Assembly: GCA_947577025.1 (NCBI GenBank)
Contig: CANPTO010000009.1
Coordinates: forward strand, 2,424-66,423
DNA: 64,000 bases
Source: an uncultured Clostridiaceae bacterium
GTDB taxonomy: Bacteria; Bacillota; Clostridia; TANB77; CAG-508
Direction: 5' to 3'
The notes beneath the pieces were generated by a model. It searched no databases. It was not told where the DNA came from and saw nothing but the letters and a program-made list of their open reading frames with translations. The translations under genes were made by a program, and so were the position numbers. The first letter of the stretch is position 1. The number at the start of each line of letters is the position of its first letter. This document shows positions 20,711-32,451 of this stretch, in pieces.

Positions 20711-23010
20711 TTGGAAATAACAGGAGAAATAAAAGATATAATTTATCAAAATGAAATAAACAGTTATACAGTAGCAGAATTTGAAACTGAAAAAGAAGAA
20801 ATAGTAATTGTGGGATATCTTCCATTTATTAATGTTGGAGATACTTTAAAACTTATAGGAAAAATAGTAACACATCAAGATTATGGAGAGCAATTTAAAG
20901 TAGATACATTCGAAAAACTAATGCCTAAAACTCTAGGTGCATTAGAGAGATATTTATCAAATGGAACAATAAAAGGAGTAGGACCTGCAACTGCAAAAAA
21001 AATAGTAGATACTTTTAAAGAAGAAACTATACATATATTAAAATATGAACCAGAAAAATTGACACAAATAAAAGGCATAAATAATGAAAAAGCCATATCT
21101 ATTTCAGAATCATTTTTGGAAAATTGGGAAATATGGCAAATAGTAGGCTATTTAGAAAAATTTGGAATAGGAATTCAAAACGCAAAAAATGTATACAAAA
21201 GGCTAGGAGCAAAAGCAATTGAAGAAATAGAAAATAACCCATATATATTAATAGATGTAGCAAATAATGTAGACTTTAAAAAGATAGACAAAATGGCAAT
21301 AGATATAGGCCTTCCATATAATAATACCCAAAGAATAAAAAGTGGAATAAAATATGCATTAATGTGTACTACATTAAATGGACACTGTGCAACTTTAGAA
21401 GAAAACCTAATAACTTTTTGTCAGGAACTTTTATCAGTAGCAGAAGAAGAAATAATAGATTGCATGATAGAACTAAAAGCAAAAGAAGAGATAATAATTG
21501 AAGCAAGAGCAGAAGAAGTACAAGTATCTAGAAATGAAATAGAAGAAATAATAAACGAAGTAAAAAATGGAAAAATAGTAGAAGAAAGAAATTGGGTATA
21601 CTTAGCGCCATTTTATAAAGCAGAAGAAAATATTGCAAATAAGATAAACATTTTAAAAAATTCACCAAATATAAAAAAAATACCAGATATAAAAAAAGAA
21701 CTAAAAATAATAGAAAAAAGTTCAAAAATAGAGCTATCAGAAAAGCAAAAAGAAGCAATAGAAGCAATAAATGAAAATAATGTATGTATAATAACAGGAG
21801 GGCCAGGAACAGGAAAAACAACAATTATAAAAGCAATAATTGACATATTCAAAAAGCAAGGTAAAAAGCCTGTACTATGTGCACCAACAGGTAGAGCAGC
21901 AAAAAGAATGACAGAAACTACAGGTGAAGAAGCAAAAACATTACATAGGTTATTAGAAATAGGAAAAATAGAAGAAGAGATAGACAAAAAAGATGCAGAC
22001 TATGATGTAGCACCACTAGATGCAGACATAGTTATAGTAGACGAGGTATCAATGGTCGATTTATTTTTAATGAACTACTTAGTAAAAGCTCTATATCAAG
22101 GAACAAAATTAGTACTAGTAGGGGACATAGACCAGCTCCCATCAGTAGGACCAGGAAGTATCCTAAAAGATCTAATATCTTCAAACGAAGTTACAACCAT
22201 AGTATTAAACAAAATATTTAGACAAGCTGCAAAAAGTAAAATAATACTAAATGCACATAGAGTAAATGAAGGAGAGAGTTTTTTAACTAAAGAGCAAATA
22301 CAAGAGCAAAACCTAACAAATTTGAACGAAGACTTTTTCTATATAAAAGAACAAAATCAAGAAAAAATACTATATAATGTCATTTCACTATGCAAAGAAA
22401 GACTTAAAAATTATGGAGACTATGACTTTTTTAAGAACATACAAGTAATAACACCAACTAAAAAAGGAATGATTGGAACAAAAGAGCTAAACAAAATTTT
22501 ACAAAGAAACTTAAACCCAGAAAGTGAATATTTAGCTCAAAAGCAAGTAGGAGATACCATATACAGAGAAAATGATAGAGTAATGCAAATAAAAAATAAT
22601 TACGATATATTTTGGGAAAAGCTAGAGCCAAAATATGAAAGTGGAATGGGAGTATTCAATGGAGAATTAGGAACGATAATAAAAATAAACGAACAAGACA
22701 AAACACTTACAATAAAATTTGACGATGGAAAGCAAGCAGACTATATGTTACAAGACTTAGACCAAATAGAACACGCATATAGTATAACAGTACATAAATC
22801 CCAACGGAAGTGAATTTGACGTAGTAATAATGGTAGTACCACAAGCCTCTCCAATGCTACTAACAAGAAACCTTTTATACACAGGAATGACAAGAGCAAA
22901 AAAGCTACTAATAGTAATAGGAGGAGCAAATATAGTCAGCTTCATGATTAACAATGCAGATACAAAAAAAAGAAACACACGGCTTAGAATATAAACTAAA
23001 AAAGCATTGA
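20711..23010 (+). CDS. recD2: RecD2 helicase, about 765 aa, +1 shifts at CGG 22805 and 22980
   Basis: GGPGTGKTT, DEVSM, GDIDQLPSV; shift restores HKSQ-G-SEF and LLYTGMTRAK; second shift gives KRNT-G-LEYKL. Confidence 0.92.
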
Positions 23011-23110
23011 GGACGGTAGCTTTGGGGACGGTTCGTGATCAGAAACAAGATAGAGCCCTCCACAAGCAAAAAAGCAAAAATAATCTGGCTAGATTAGGGC
23101 TATCCTAAAT
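23003..23110. repeat. Repeat family E copy 1
   Basis: AGCATTGAGGAC..GGTAGCTTTGGGGACGGTTCGT..GAAACAAGATAGAG..AATAATCTGGCTAGATTAGG shared with 48989-49120. Confidence 0.8.
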
Positions 23111-23142
23111 ATCGAAAAAAATATAAAAAGAAACAAAAGAAC

Positions 23143-23171
23143 TTGACTTATAAGTAAAAATATACTATTAT
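23143..23171 (+). promoter_or_regulatory. SigA-type promoter
   Basis: TTGACT-17nt-TATTAT. Confidence 0.6.
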
Positions 23172-23229
23172 AAATATACAAACAAAAGAGAAAAGAACAA
23201 GCAATATTTTTAAAGAAAGGAGGAAAAAA

Positions 23230-23563
23230 ATGGAAGAAAAAGTTTTAAAACAAATATTAGACGTAGTAATAGATATAAAAGCAGATCAAAAAGTAATGGA
23301 AAATAAAATGAGCAATATGGATGCAAAAATAGATAAATTATCAACAGAACAACTAGTAATGAAAGAAGAAATGAAATCAATAGAAACAGATATAAAATTA
23401 TTAAACTTCAACGTAAACATCTTAATGAAGGAGCAAGAAGACACCAAATTTGCAGTAGGTGCATGTGTACAAAAAATTCGGTGAAGTAAGTGACAAATTA
23501 GACAGACACTTAAGAGAAAGTAGTACTGAAATTGTAACTAAAAACCAACACTACAATTACTAA
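23230..23563 (+). CDS. Coiled-coil hypothetical protein; 84 aa as written, about 110 aa with +1 shift at CGG 23479
   Basis: Strong RBS; ORF ends CGG TGA and the +1 frame continues GEVSDKLDRHL... Confidence 0.65.
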
Positions 23564-23627
23564 CCAAACATAAAAAACAAAATAAAAAAAATATAAATAG
23601 GGGCAAAAAAGAAAGGATGTATAAAAC

Positions 23628-24290
23628 ATGGAATCTTTAAAAAAAGCCCTTATTTTTTTATTAGAAACTTTATATCCAAAGCAATGTCTAATATGTGGAA
23701 AAAAAGAAAAAGATGCAATATGTAGCAAATGTTATAATAAATTGAAAATAGAATCCAAAATAGACACTTATACAAACAAAAGCTTTGAAGAGCACTTATA
23801 TATATTTAAATATGAAGGAAAAATAAGACAATTAATAATAAACTATAAATTCAAAGAAAAAGCATATTTAAATGAGCTATTTGCAAAAATTATACTAAAA
23901 AACGAAAAAATATGTAGAAAAATAAAAAAATATGGTATAATCATACCAGTACCAATTCATAAAAAAAGAAAAAATGAAAGAGGATATAATCAAAGTGAGC
24001 TAATCGCGAGAAAATTAGCCAAAAGTTTGAAATTAGAACTAGTAACAGACAGTTTAATAAAGCAAAAAAATACATTACCACAAAGTACACTTTCAAAAAA
24101 ACAACGAATTGAAAATACAAAACAAGTATATAAAATACAAAATAGGCAAAAAATAGAAAATAAAAAAATAATATTATTAGACGATATATACACAACAGGA
24201 GCAACAACAGAAGAATGCTCAAAAATATTAAAACAAAATGGAGCAAAACAAATTTTAGTACTAACAATAGCGAAAGATATAATAAATTAG
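23628..24290 (+). CDS. comF: ComF family competence protein
   Basis: CxxC zinc ribbon, RGYNQS, LLDDIYTTGAT. Confidence 0.92.
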   Translation: MESLKKALIFLLETLYPKQCLICGKKEKDAICSKCYNKLKIESKIDTYTNKSFEEHLYIFKYEGKIRQLIINYKFKEKAYLNELFAKIILKNEKICRKIKKYGIIIPVPIHKKRKNERGYNQSELIARKLAKSLKLELVTDSLIKQKNTLPQSTLSKKQRIENTKQVYKIQNRQKIENKKIILLDDIYTTGATTEECSKILKQNGAKQILVLTIAKDIIN

Positions 24291-24443
24291 AAGTTGGAGG
24301 ACGGAAGTCAGAAGTCGGAAGTCAGAGGACGGAAATTAGAAATTGGAAGTTTGAGGATGGAAATTTGATAATGATATATAAAATTAGACTATATATAAAG
24401 CTACTTCAAAGAAATTACCCTAAAATCTGACCTCTGACCTCTA
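24287..24443. repeat. Repeat family D copy with long heptamer arm
   Basis: About 10 GAAGTTG/GAAGTCA/GAAGTCG units, core CTTCAAAGAAATTACCCT, TCTGACCTCTGACCTC arm. Confidence 0.85.
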
Positions 24444-24460
24444 AAAAAGGAGGAAAAAAC

Positions 24461-26422
24461 ATGGAAGACCTAGTAGAAAGCATATTAGATTATATAAGAG
24501 CTGACTATACCGATTATGCTGTAATGATAAATGGGGAATGGGGAAGCGGAAAAACCTATTTTTTGAACCATAAAATACGAAGAAAAATAGAAAGCATGGA
24601 ACTAAATGGGAAAAGATATAAAACAATATATATGTCTTTATATGGAATATCAAATTTAGAAGAAATAAGTAAAAAAATATTTATAGAAACAACACAGCTA
24701 ATGGATAAAAATCTAAAAAAATATATGGATAATAATGGACAAGTAAACATTCCAGAATATGCGAAAACAGGTTTAGACATGGCAAACTTTTTTGGAGTAA
24801 CACAAAATGGAGATAAAATAGACTATAAAGATTTTTTCTCAACAGATGATAAAGTACTATGTTTTGATGACCTAGAAAGGGCAAATGTAGATGTAATAGA
24901 CATATTAGGATATATAAATAACTTTGTAGAACATGACCATATAAAAACAATAATAATATGTAACGAAAAAGAGCTATCAACAAAACTAAAAAATAGTAAT
25001 TTAGAAATGAAAACATTTATAGCAACATATCTTCTAGACAAAGAAGGAAGCCTAGTAAAGAAAACAGATAAGCCAATGGTAGAAAGAATACAAGACACCA
25101 TAGAATATGTATTTGACAAAGCAAATGATTATGAAAGAATAAAAGAAAAGCTAATAGGAGAAACATTTGAATATGCTCCAGAATTCAATTACATTATAAA
25201 TGGAATACTAATGCGTTATGAAAAATATCCAGATTTAATAAGGTTTTTAAGAGAAAATACAAATTTAATAATAGCAACATTCAACAAAAGTGGAACAAGA
25301 AACCTAAGAATACTAAAACATGCGTTAAATGACTTCAAAAAAATATTTGATATGGTAAATAAATCATATCCAAATACAAACCATAGAGTAATGCAAACAA
25401 TGTTAATATTCACAATAGCAATATCATTTGAAATAAAAGCAGGAAAAGTAACAAAAGATAAATTTATAAACATAGGAAGTAATGAAGAATACAAAGCAAT
25501 ACTAGTATCATCAAGAGTATTTATGGATAATAGGCAATTTTATATAAAAGAATTTGACAACAACTATTATTATAACTTCAAAGCAGAATATCGTTTTTTC
25601 AAATTCATAGAAATATATGTTAGAACACGAATATTTAATATGAGGGTATTTAAAGAAAATATGGAAGTAATAATAAACACAGTAGATACAGACAAACTAC
25701 CAGGCTATAAAAGATTATTAACAGAAGAATACTGGAAAATATCAGATGATCAATTTGATAAAATAATAGAAGAAGTATTAGAAGATGTAAAAAATGGAAG
25801 AATAAAACCAATAGAAATAGTAAAACTATTTGCATATTTTAGCTATTTTATAAAAAAAGATTTAATAAATTATGACATAAAAACAATAAAAAGTGTATTT
25901 ATAAATGGATTAAATCTATCATCACTAAATGCCGAGTACTGCCCAAACGTAGAAGAGGAATTAGATTCAATATCAATAAAAGAAGTAGGCTATGAAATGG
26001 AAGAAATACTAAAATATTTTGTAAATGTAAATGAAGCACTAAAAGACAAAATGTACACAGAAAAAGCAGAAGAAATATTTAAATTCATACCAATGAAAAT
26101 GGAGCAATTTTACGATAAATTTGCAAAAGAATGTATGAACATACCAATATTTAAATATTATGATGTATTCCAAATGTTCCAAAGAATAGCATGTGCAAGC
26201 AATGAAGATATAGTAACTATAAAAGAAATGTTAGAAGAAAGAGCAAAAAAATATCCAAAAGAAATAGAACCAGAAATAAAAAATATAAAAAGGCTAAAAC
26301 AAGTAATAGATGACTATATAGATGGAAAAGAAATAACAATAAAAATAGTAATGTTAGAAGATTTTACTAAAGGGCTAGAAAATATATTAGAACTATATAA
26401 TACAAATTTTAATGTAGAATAA
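24461..26422 (+). CDS. KAP-family P-loop NTPase
   Basis: GEWGSGKT, LCFDDLER, NLR.LK. Confidence 0.8.
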   Translation: MEDLVESILDYIRADYTDYAVMINGEWGSGKTYFLNHKIRRKIESMELNGKRYKTIYMSLYGISNLEEISKKIFIETTQLMDKNLKKYMDNNGQVNIPEYAKTGLDMANFFGVTQNGDKIDYKDFFSTDDKVLCFDDLERANVDVIDILGYINNFVEHDHIKTIIICNEKELSTKLKNSNLEMKTFIATYLLDKEGSLVKKTDKPMVERIQDTIEYVFDKANDYERIKEKLIGETFEYAPEFNYIINGILMRYEKYPDLIRFLRENTNLIIATFNKSGTRNLRILKHALNDFKKIFDMVNKSYPNTNHRVMQTMLIFTIAISFEIKAGKVTKDKFINIGSNEEYKAILVSSRVFMDNRQFYIKEFDNNYYYNFKAEYRFFKFIEIYVRTRIFNMRVFKENMEVIINTVDTDKLPGYKRLLTEEYWKISDDQFDKIIEEVLEDVKNGRIKPIEIVKLFAYFSYFIKKDLINYDIKTIKSVFINGLNLSSLNAEYCPNVEEELDSISIKEVGYEMEEILKYFVNVNEALKDKMYTEKAEEIFKFIPMKMEQFYDKFAKECMNIPIFKYYDVFQMFQRIACASNEDIVTIKEMLEERAKKYPKEIEPEIKNIKRLKQVIDDYIDGKEITIKIVMLEDFTKGLENILELYNTNFNVE

Positions 26423-26436
26423 ATAACAGAACAAAA

Positions 26437-26460
26437 GGGCACGGTGCCCCGTGCCCCTAC
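26437..26460 (-). repeat. GTAG-type REP palindrome
   Basis: Minus strand GTAGGGGCACGGGGCACCGTGCCC. Confidence 0.7.
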
Positions 26461-26661
26461 ATTTGAAATCGATTTTTCCTATACTAAAATAAAAGGGAGA
26501 TTTTTCATTTTTTTAAAAAGTGAAAAATCTCCTATAAAATATGATAAGCATAAGTAGTAAATTTCCTACTAGATATAAGCCCTTATGGTAGAAATAAAAT
26601 ATTTTAAAACTGTGAATTACAGCGAAAGGTTACAATTAGTACAGAAAAAAACAAAAAACTC

Positions 26662-26690
26662 TTGACATTTACATAAAAAAACAATATTAT
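26662..26690 (+). promoter_or_regulatory. SigA-type promoter
   Basis: TTGACA-17nt-TATTAT. Confidence 0.65.
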
Positions 26691-26734
26691 ATACAAAGTA
26701 GGAAATAAATAGCAAAAAAAGGAGAAAAAGGTCT

Positions 26735-27601
26735 ATGCATACACAAATACTAACTTCAAAATTTGGTGCAGAACTTGTAAGTTTTAAGCTAAATGGAGAA
26801 GAAAGATTACACCAAGGAGAAGAAGTGATAGATAAAAATGGGAAAGTAATTTGGAAAAGGCAGTTTCCAGTGTTATTTCCAACAGTAGGCAAATGCAAAA
26901 AAAATCAAACAATAATGAATAGTAAAACATATGAAGTAGCAAAAAATGGATTTGTACAAGAATGTGAATTTGAGCCAATAACAAAGCTAGATAATTTTCA
27001 TTCATATGTACTTAAAAGTAATGAAAAAAGTCTAGAAAAATACCCATACAAATTTTCTTTATATGTAACATATAGGTTAGACGAAAACAAAGTAACCACA
27101 ATATATAAAGTAATAAATGAAGATGAAGTAGACATGCCATTTGGAATAGGCTCACTACCAGCATTAAAAATAAACTATGAGCAACTAGAAAAAGGTAATT
27201 ATTACTTAGAATTTGAACAAGACGAAGACAAGATACATTTTTTATACTTAATAGATGGGTTAGTAGGAACAGAATATGCGAAAAATATTATGGCAGACAA
27301 AAGAATAATAAATTTACATGCAGATATGTTTAATAATGATGCCATTATAATGAAAGGATTAAAATCAAAAAAAGTATCATTAAAAAGAAAAGATATAGGG
27401 AAAGTAATAGAAATAGACTATACAGGTTTCCCATATTTAACAATATGGTCAAAACCAAATGCACCATTCATATGTATATCACCATGGATGAGTCTACCAG
27501 ACACAGTTAAAGGAACAGGAGTATTTAGGCAAAAGTCAGACATAATAATACTTCCACCAAAAGAAGAATTTGAATGTAAATATACAATAGCATTTTATTA
27601 G
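26735..27601 (+). CDS. Aldose 1-epimerase family (LacX-like) protein
   Basis: GAELVS, W..QFPVLFP.VG, YP..F.L, PFICISPW; usual catalytic His/Glu look substituted. Confidence 0.75.
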   Translation: MHTQILTSKFGAELVSFKLNGEERLHQGEEVIDKNGKVIWKRQFPVLFPTVGKCKKNQTIMNSKTYEVAKNGFVQECEFEPITKLDNFHSYVLKSNEKSLEKYPYKFSLYVTYRLDENKVTTIYKVINEDEVDMPFGIGSLPALKINYEQLEKGNYYLEFEQDEDKIHFLYLIDGLVGTEYAKNIMADKRIINLHADMFNNDAIIMKGLKSKKVSLKRKDIGKVIEIDYTGFPYLTIWSKPNAPFICISPWMSLPDTVKGTGVFRQKSDIIILPPKEEFECKYTIAFY

Positions 27602-27602
27602 C

Positions 27603-27652
27603 CCCCTTCCCATTGGGGACGTTTCCAAATGGGAAGTCTGTCACTTTTGGGA
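27603..27652. repeat. Repeat family B, single arm
   Basis: CCCTTCCCATTGGGGACGTTTCCAAATGGGAAGTCTGTCACTTTTGGGAA. Confidence 0.85.
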
Positions 27653-27687
27653 ATATACATAACTAAAAAGAGGAGAAAAATTAAAAA

Positions 27688-27882
27688 ATGGAAATATTAA
27701 AATTGATAATACAAGTAGTAGCATTAGTAGTTATAGCCATAGGAGTAGTAATGATATATGATGCTAGAAAAATAAGCAAAAAATGGTTTAGCTTTGCAGA
27801 TAGAAATTCATCAGTAAAAACATTAAAAATAGTAGGGTTTATTATAGCTATAATAGGAAGTTTAATTGTGATATTAAATTGA
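27688..27882 (+). CDS. Small two-TM membrane protein
   Basis: RBS GAGGAG, two hydrophobic helices. Confidence 0.75.
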   Translation: MEILKLIIQVVALVVIAIGVVMIYDARKISKKWFSFADRNSSVKTLKIVGFIIAIIGSLIVILN

Positions 27883-27966
27883 AGGTTGGAAGTTGGAAAT
27901 TTAGGGTAGTTTCTTTGGAGAAATTACCCTAGTTTTCTAGCTTCTAGATTACCATGAATTTAAAGA

Positions 27967-28104
27967 AAAGATTTTGGACGGGGTGGAAAGATTTGGGACG
28001 TGTCTAAAACTTTCCAAATAAAATGAAATTAAATATAAGATTATTTATCAAATTTGGAAAGTTTTAGACACGTCCCAAATCTTTCCACCCCGTCCAAAAT
28101 CTTT
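27967..28104. repeat. REPIN-like element: 53-bp inverted repeat (family C) with 32-nt spacer
   Basis: 27967-28019 is the reverse complement of 28052-28104. Confidence 0.88.
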
Positions 28105-28148
28105 ATCATAGTAAATAGTAATGATAGATATAGAAAGAAGGAAAAAAT

Positions 28149-31100
28149 ATGGCAAAAGTAACATGGACAAAAGAGCAACAAAGTGCAATATATGAAAAAG
28201 GTTCAAATATATTGGTAGCTGCTGCCGCAGGAAGTGGAAAAACAGCTGTATTAGTAGAACGCATTATAAATAAAATAGTAAATGAAAATATAGATATTGA
28301 TAAATTACTAGTAGTAACATTCACAAATGCAGCAGCGAGCGAAATGAGGGAAAGAATATTAGATGCAATATACAAAAAGATAGAAGAGAAGCCTGAAGAT
28401 GTAAGGCTTCAAAAACAAATCAATCTTTTAAATAAAGCAAGTATTTGCACAATACACTCATTTTGCTTAGAGGTAATCAGAAATTACTTTTATGAGTTAG
28501 ATTTATCAGCAAATTTTAGAATAGCAGATTCCTCTGAAATAGAGCTTTTAAAGCAAGATGTAATAGAAGAATTATTTGAAGAAAAATATTATGAAAATGA
28601 TGAAAATTTTATAAAATTAATAAATATGTACACAACCTATAGAGGAGATGAGCCATTAAAAGAGCTAATTTTAAAAATATATGATTATATTCAAAGCGCA
28701 CCATTTCCACAAGAGTGGCTAGAAGAAAAAATAGAAATGTTTAATTTAAAAGACGAAATTGAGAAAAAAACTGATTATGCCAAAACATTGTGGGGAGATA
28801 TATTATTAGAAGAATACAAAAATAAAATAGTAGAAAATAGATTAAAACTAGAAGGTGTAAAAGCTGAATTAGTAAGGTTCCCAGAACTAGAAAAATTTAC
28901 TAGCACAATACTAAATGATATACAAATGTTAATGGAAATTGAAGAAATAATTATAAATGCTAAAGATAATGTATGGAATACGATATATCTAAAAGCAAAT
29001 GAACTGAAGTTTCGGTAAATGGCCAACAGATAAGAAATGTACAATAGATTTAAAAAATGAAGCAAAAGAAATACGTGACAAAGTGAAAAAAGATATTGAA
29101 AAAATAACAAAAAAGATATTTATATATGATTCGGAAAATGCAATTAAAGATATATATGAAATGTATGATAGCTTAAAAAGAATAAAAAAAATAGTAAATG
29201 AATTTGAAAACAATTTTTCACAAAAAAAGAAAGATAAAAATATAATAGACTTTCATGACATAGAGCATTTTGCACTTAAAATACTAGTGGTACAAAATGA
29301 AAATAAAGAATATGTTCCTTCACAAGTAGCAACAAAAATTATGGAGAAATATGAAGAAATAGCAATAGATGAATATCAAGACAGTAACTTAGTACAAGAA
29401 TATATTTTAAATGTAGTATCAAGACAAAATAATACATTTATGGTAGGCGATGTAAAGCAAAGTATATATAAATTTAGACAAGCAAGACCAGAGCTATTTT
29501 TAGAAAAATATGAAAAATATGAATTAGTAGAAGAAAACAGCGAAAATAAAACAGGTAAAAAAATAAAACTATTCAAAAACTTTAGAAGTAGAGAAAATAT
29601 ATTAAAAATAACTAACTTAATATTCGACCAAATAATGAGTAAAAAATTAGGAGACATAAATTACACGAAAGAAGAATATTTAAACCCAGGAGCAAATTAC
29701 GAGGAACCACCCAAAGGCTCAAACTTTGCAGGAAAGGCAGAATTGCATATAATAGATATGGCGAAGCGGAGGTCGGAAGTCAGAGGTCGGAAGTTGGAGA
29801 TCAAACTTCGGAAGATTCTAAAAATCGGAGATAAAAATCTAGAATGTAGAGGTCGCTACTATCGGCGACCAAGATACTCACATAATAAATAACGAAAAAT
29901 TACAATGTGATGTAGGTGGTAGTGCCGTCAGCTGTCCAAGTTTCGAAGAAAATTCTCAAGAAATAGACGAAGAAGAGAGTCAAGAAGAGCCAATAGAAAA
30001 TACACTAATAGAGGCAAAATTTGTTGCAAATAAAATACAAGAGCTAATAAATAGTGATTATATAGTATATGACAAAAAGAAAGGATATCGAAAAATAACA
30101 TATAAAGATATAGTAATCTTATTAAGGGCAACTTCTAATATGGCACCAATATATGAAAAGGAATTATCAGAGTTAAATATACCAGTTTTTAGTGATAGCT
30201 CAAGTAAGTCACTAGAACAAGTAGAAATACAAACAATAATGAGTGTTCTTAAAATAATAAATAATCCACTTCAAGATATACCACTAATAACAGTACTAAG
30301 GTCTAGTATAGCAAATTTCACAGACAATGACCTAGTACAAATTCGTTTAGCTGATAGAAGTGAAAATTTTTATAATGCAATGTTAAAGGCACGAGTAAGT
30401 GTAGAAAGTGAATTGAGTCAAAAAATAACAAACTTTATAAATATGCTAGAAAAGTGGAAAATGATGGAACAATATACTACATTAGATGAACTAATATGGC
30501 AAATATATGAAGATAGCAACTATTACAATTATGTAGGTTTATTAAACAACGGAAAATTAAGGCAAGCAAACTTAAAAATGTTATTTGAAAAAGCAAGGCA
30601 ATATGAACAGGCAAGTTTTAAAGGTTTATATAATTTCATAAATTTTATAGATAAAATAAAAACAAATAATAAAGACGTGGGAGCAGCAAAAATAATTGGA
30701 GAAAATGAAGATGTTGTTAGAATAATGAGTATTCATAAAAGCAAAGGGTTAGAATTTCCAGTAGTATTCCTAAGTGGTACATCAAAAAAATTTAATCAAA
30801 GAGACTTAAATGACAACATTTTAATGCACCAAGATCTAGGATTTGGAGCTAAATATATAAACTATGAAAGAAGGATAGAATATAATACTCTAGCAAAAGA
30901 AGCGCTAAAAATAAAACTAAAAACTGAAAGTTTATCAGAAGAAATGAGAATACTATATGTTGCACTAACAAGAGCAAAAGAAAAACTATATATAACAGGA
31001 ATAGAAAAAGACTTTTGGAAAAGTATAAAAGAAAAAGAAGAACTAATACAAATTTACAATGGAGATAAAATAAATACAAATTTAATAAAAAAATATAAAT

Positions 31101-32254
31101 CATATTTAGATTGGATAGAGTTAGTATATTTAAATTGTAAAGAAGAGATGAAAGAGTTATTACAGATATGTGAACATAGTTATGAAGAGTTTGTTAGTAG
31201 TGGAAAGGAAGAGGAGGAGCAGATTGATTTAGTGGAACTATTGAAGTCGGAAGTCGGAAGTCAGAGGGCGGAAGTTGGAAATCAAACTTCGGAAGGTGAT
31301 AAATGTCGGAAATAAAATTATAAATACGGACTGTAGGGATCGCCGCCTTCGGTGACCCAAACACTCACACAGAAAATGCCGAAGAACTAAAGAAAAATAA
31401 AGAAGTAGACTGTAGGGGGCGCTACTATCGGTAACCAAAATACTCACATAATGAATGATGAAGAATTAATAATGAATAATGAAAAATTACAGGATGTAGG
31501 GGCGATTATTAATCGCACGCTCTTCGAAGAAACTACCAAAGACATCACTACCATAAAAATACAAGAAATCCTAAACTGGAAATACAAATATAAATTATCA
31601 GAAAATATACCAACAAAAACATCTGTAAGTAAAATAAAAGAAGAAAAAGGAAAACAGAAGGGAATAGCACAATTTCTAAGACAAAATGAAGAACAAAAAC
31701 AGATAGAACAAACATTAAGTGCTCCAAATTTTACAAAAGAAGAAACAATATCAGGTGCACAAAAAGGAACACTAGTGCACTTATGTATAAAAAACTTAAA
31801 TGAAACAAAACAATATAATTATGAAGACATAGAAAAATTAATACAAAACTTACAAAATAAAAAAATAATTACTAAAAAAGAAGCGGAAGCAATAAATATA
31901 AATCAAATACTACAATATACAAAATCTAATTTATTTAAAGAACTAAAATGCGCAAAAGAAGTGCACAAAGAAGAACCATTTTATATAAATATAAAAGCTA
32001 AAGAAATTTATGAACAAGAAATAGAAGAAAACATACTGGTACAAGGAATAATAGACCTATACTATATAGATAAAGAAGGAAAATTAAACTTAGTAGACTA
32101 TAAAACAGACTATGTACAAAATGAAAACGAACTGATACTAAAATATAAAGAACAATTAGACTTGTATAAAAGAGCGCTAGAAGAAGCACTAAAGATAAAA
32201 GTAAGCAAAGTAGCAATATATAGCACATATCTAAAAAAAGAGATAGAACTGTAA
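28149..32254 (+). CDS. addA: AddA helicase/nuclease, about 1365 aa when 8 in-frame CGG sites are each read as +1/Gly
   Basis: AAAGSGKT, DEYQD, GDVKQSIY.FR, IHKSKGLEF, YVALTRAK, QGIID, DYKTD over four ORFs joined at CGG 29013, 29767, 29774, 29826, 29863, 31307, 31350, 31429. Confidence 0.9.
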
Positions 32255-32451
32255 AGGGGAGAAAAATTTATTTAAGATTATGAAACCAATTTTTCCACAT
32301 TGTAGGGGCGACTATTAGTTGTCTATGCTTCAAAGAAACTACCATAAATTAAATATTTTACAAAAAAAATATTTACATAATTTTGAAATATGCTATAATA
32401 TAAATGGAATATTTCTATTTTGAAAATTATTATAGAGAAAGGAAAAACTTT

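Noticed and set aside
24215-24430. 71-aa ORF, and the N-terminal extension of ORF 12835
   Set aside because: Both are translations of family D repeats without an RBS; the real start of the latter is 12925.
24461-26422. KAP NTPase as a phage defence system
   Set aside because: No partner effector nearby and host-like codon use; nothing supports it beyond the family name.
29761-31530. Introns or inteins in addA
   Set aside because: Inserts are about 200 bp, built from local repeat families, and lack group I/II or intein motifs.
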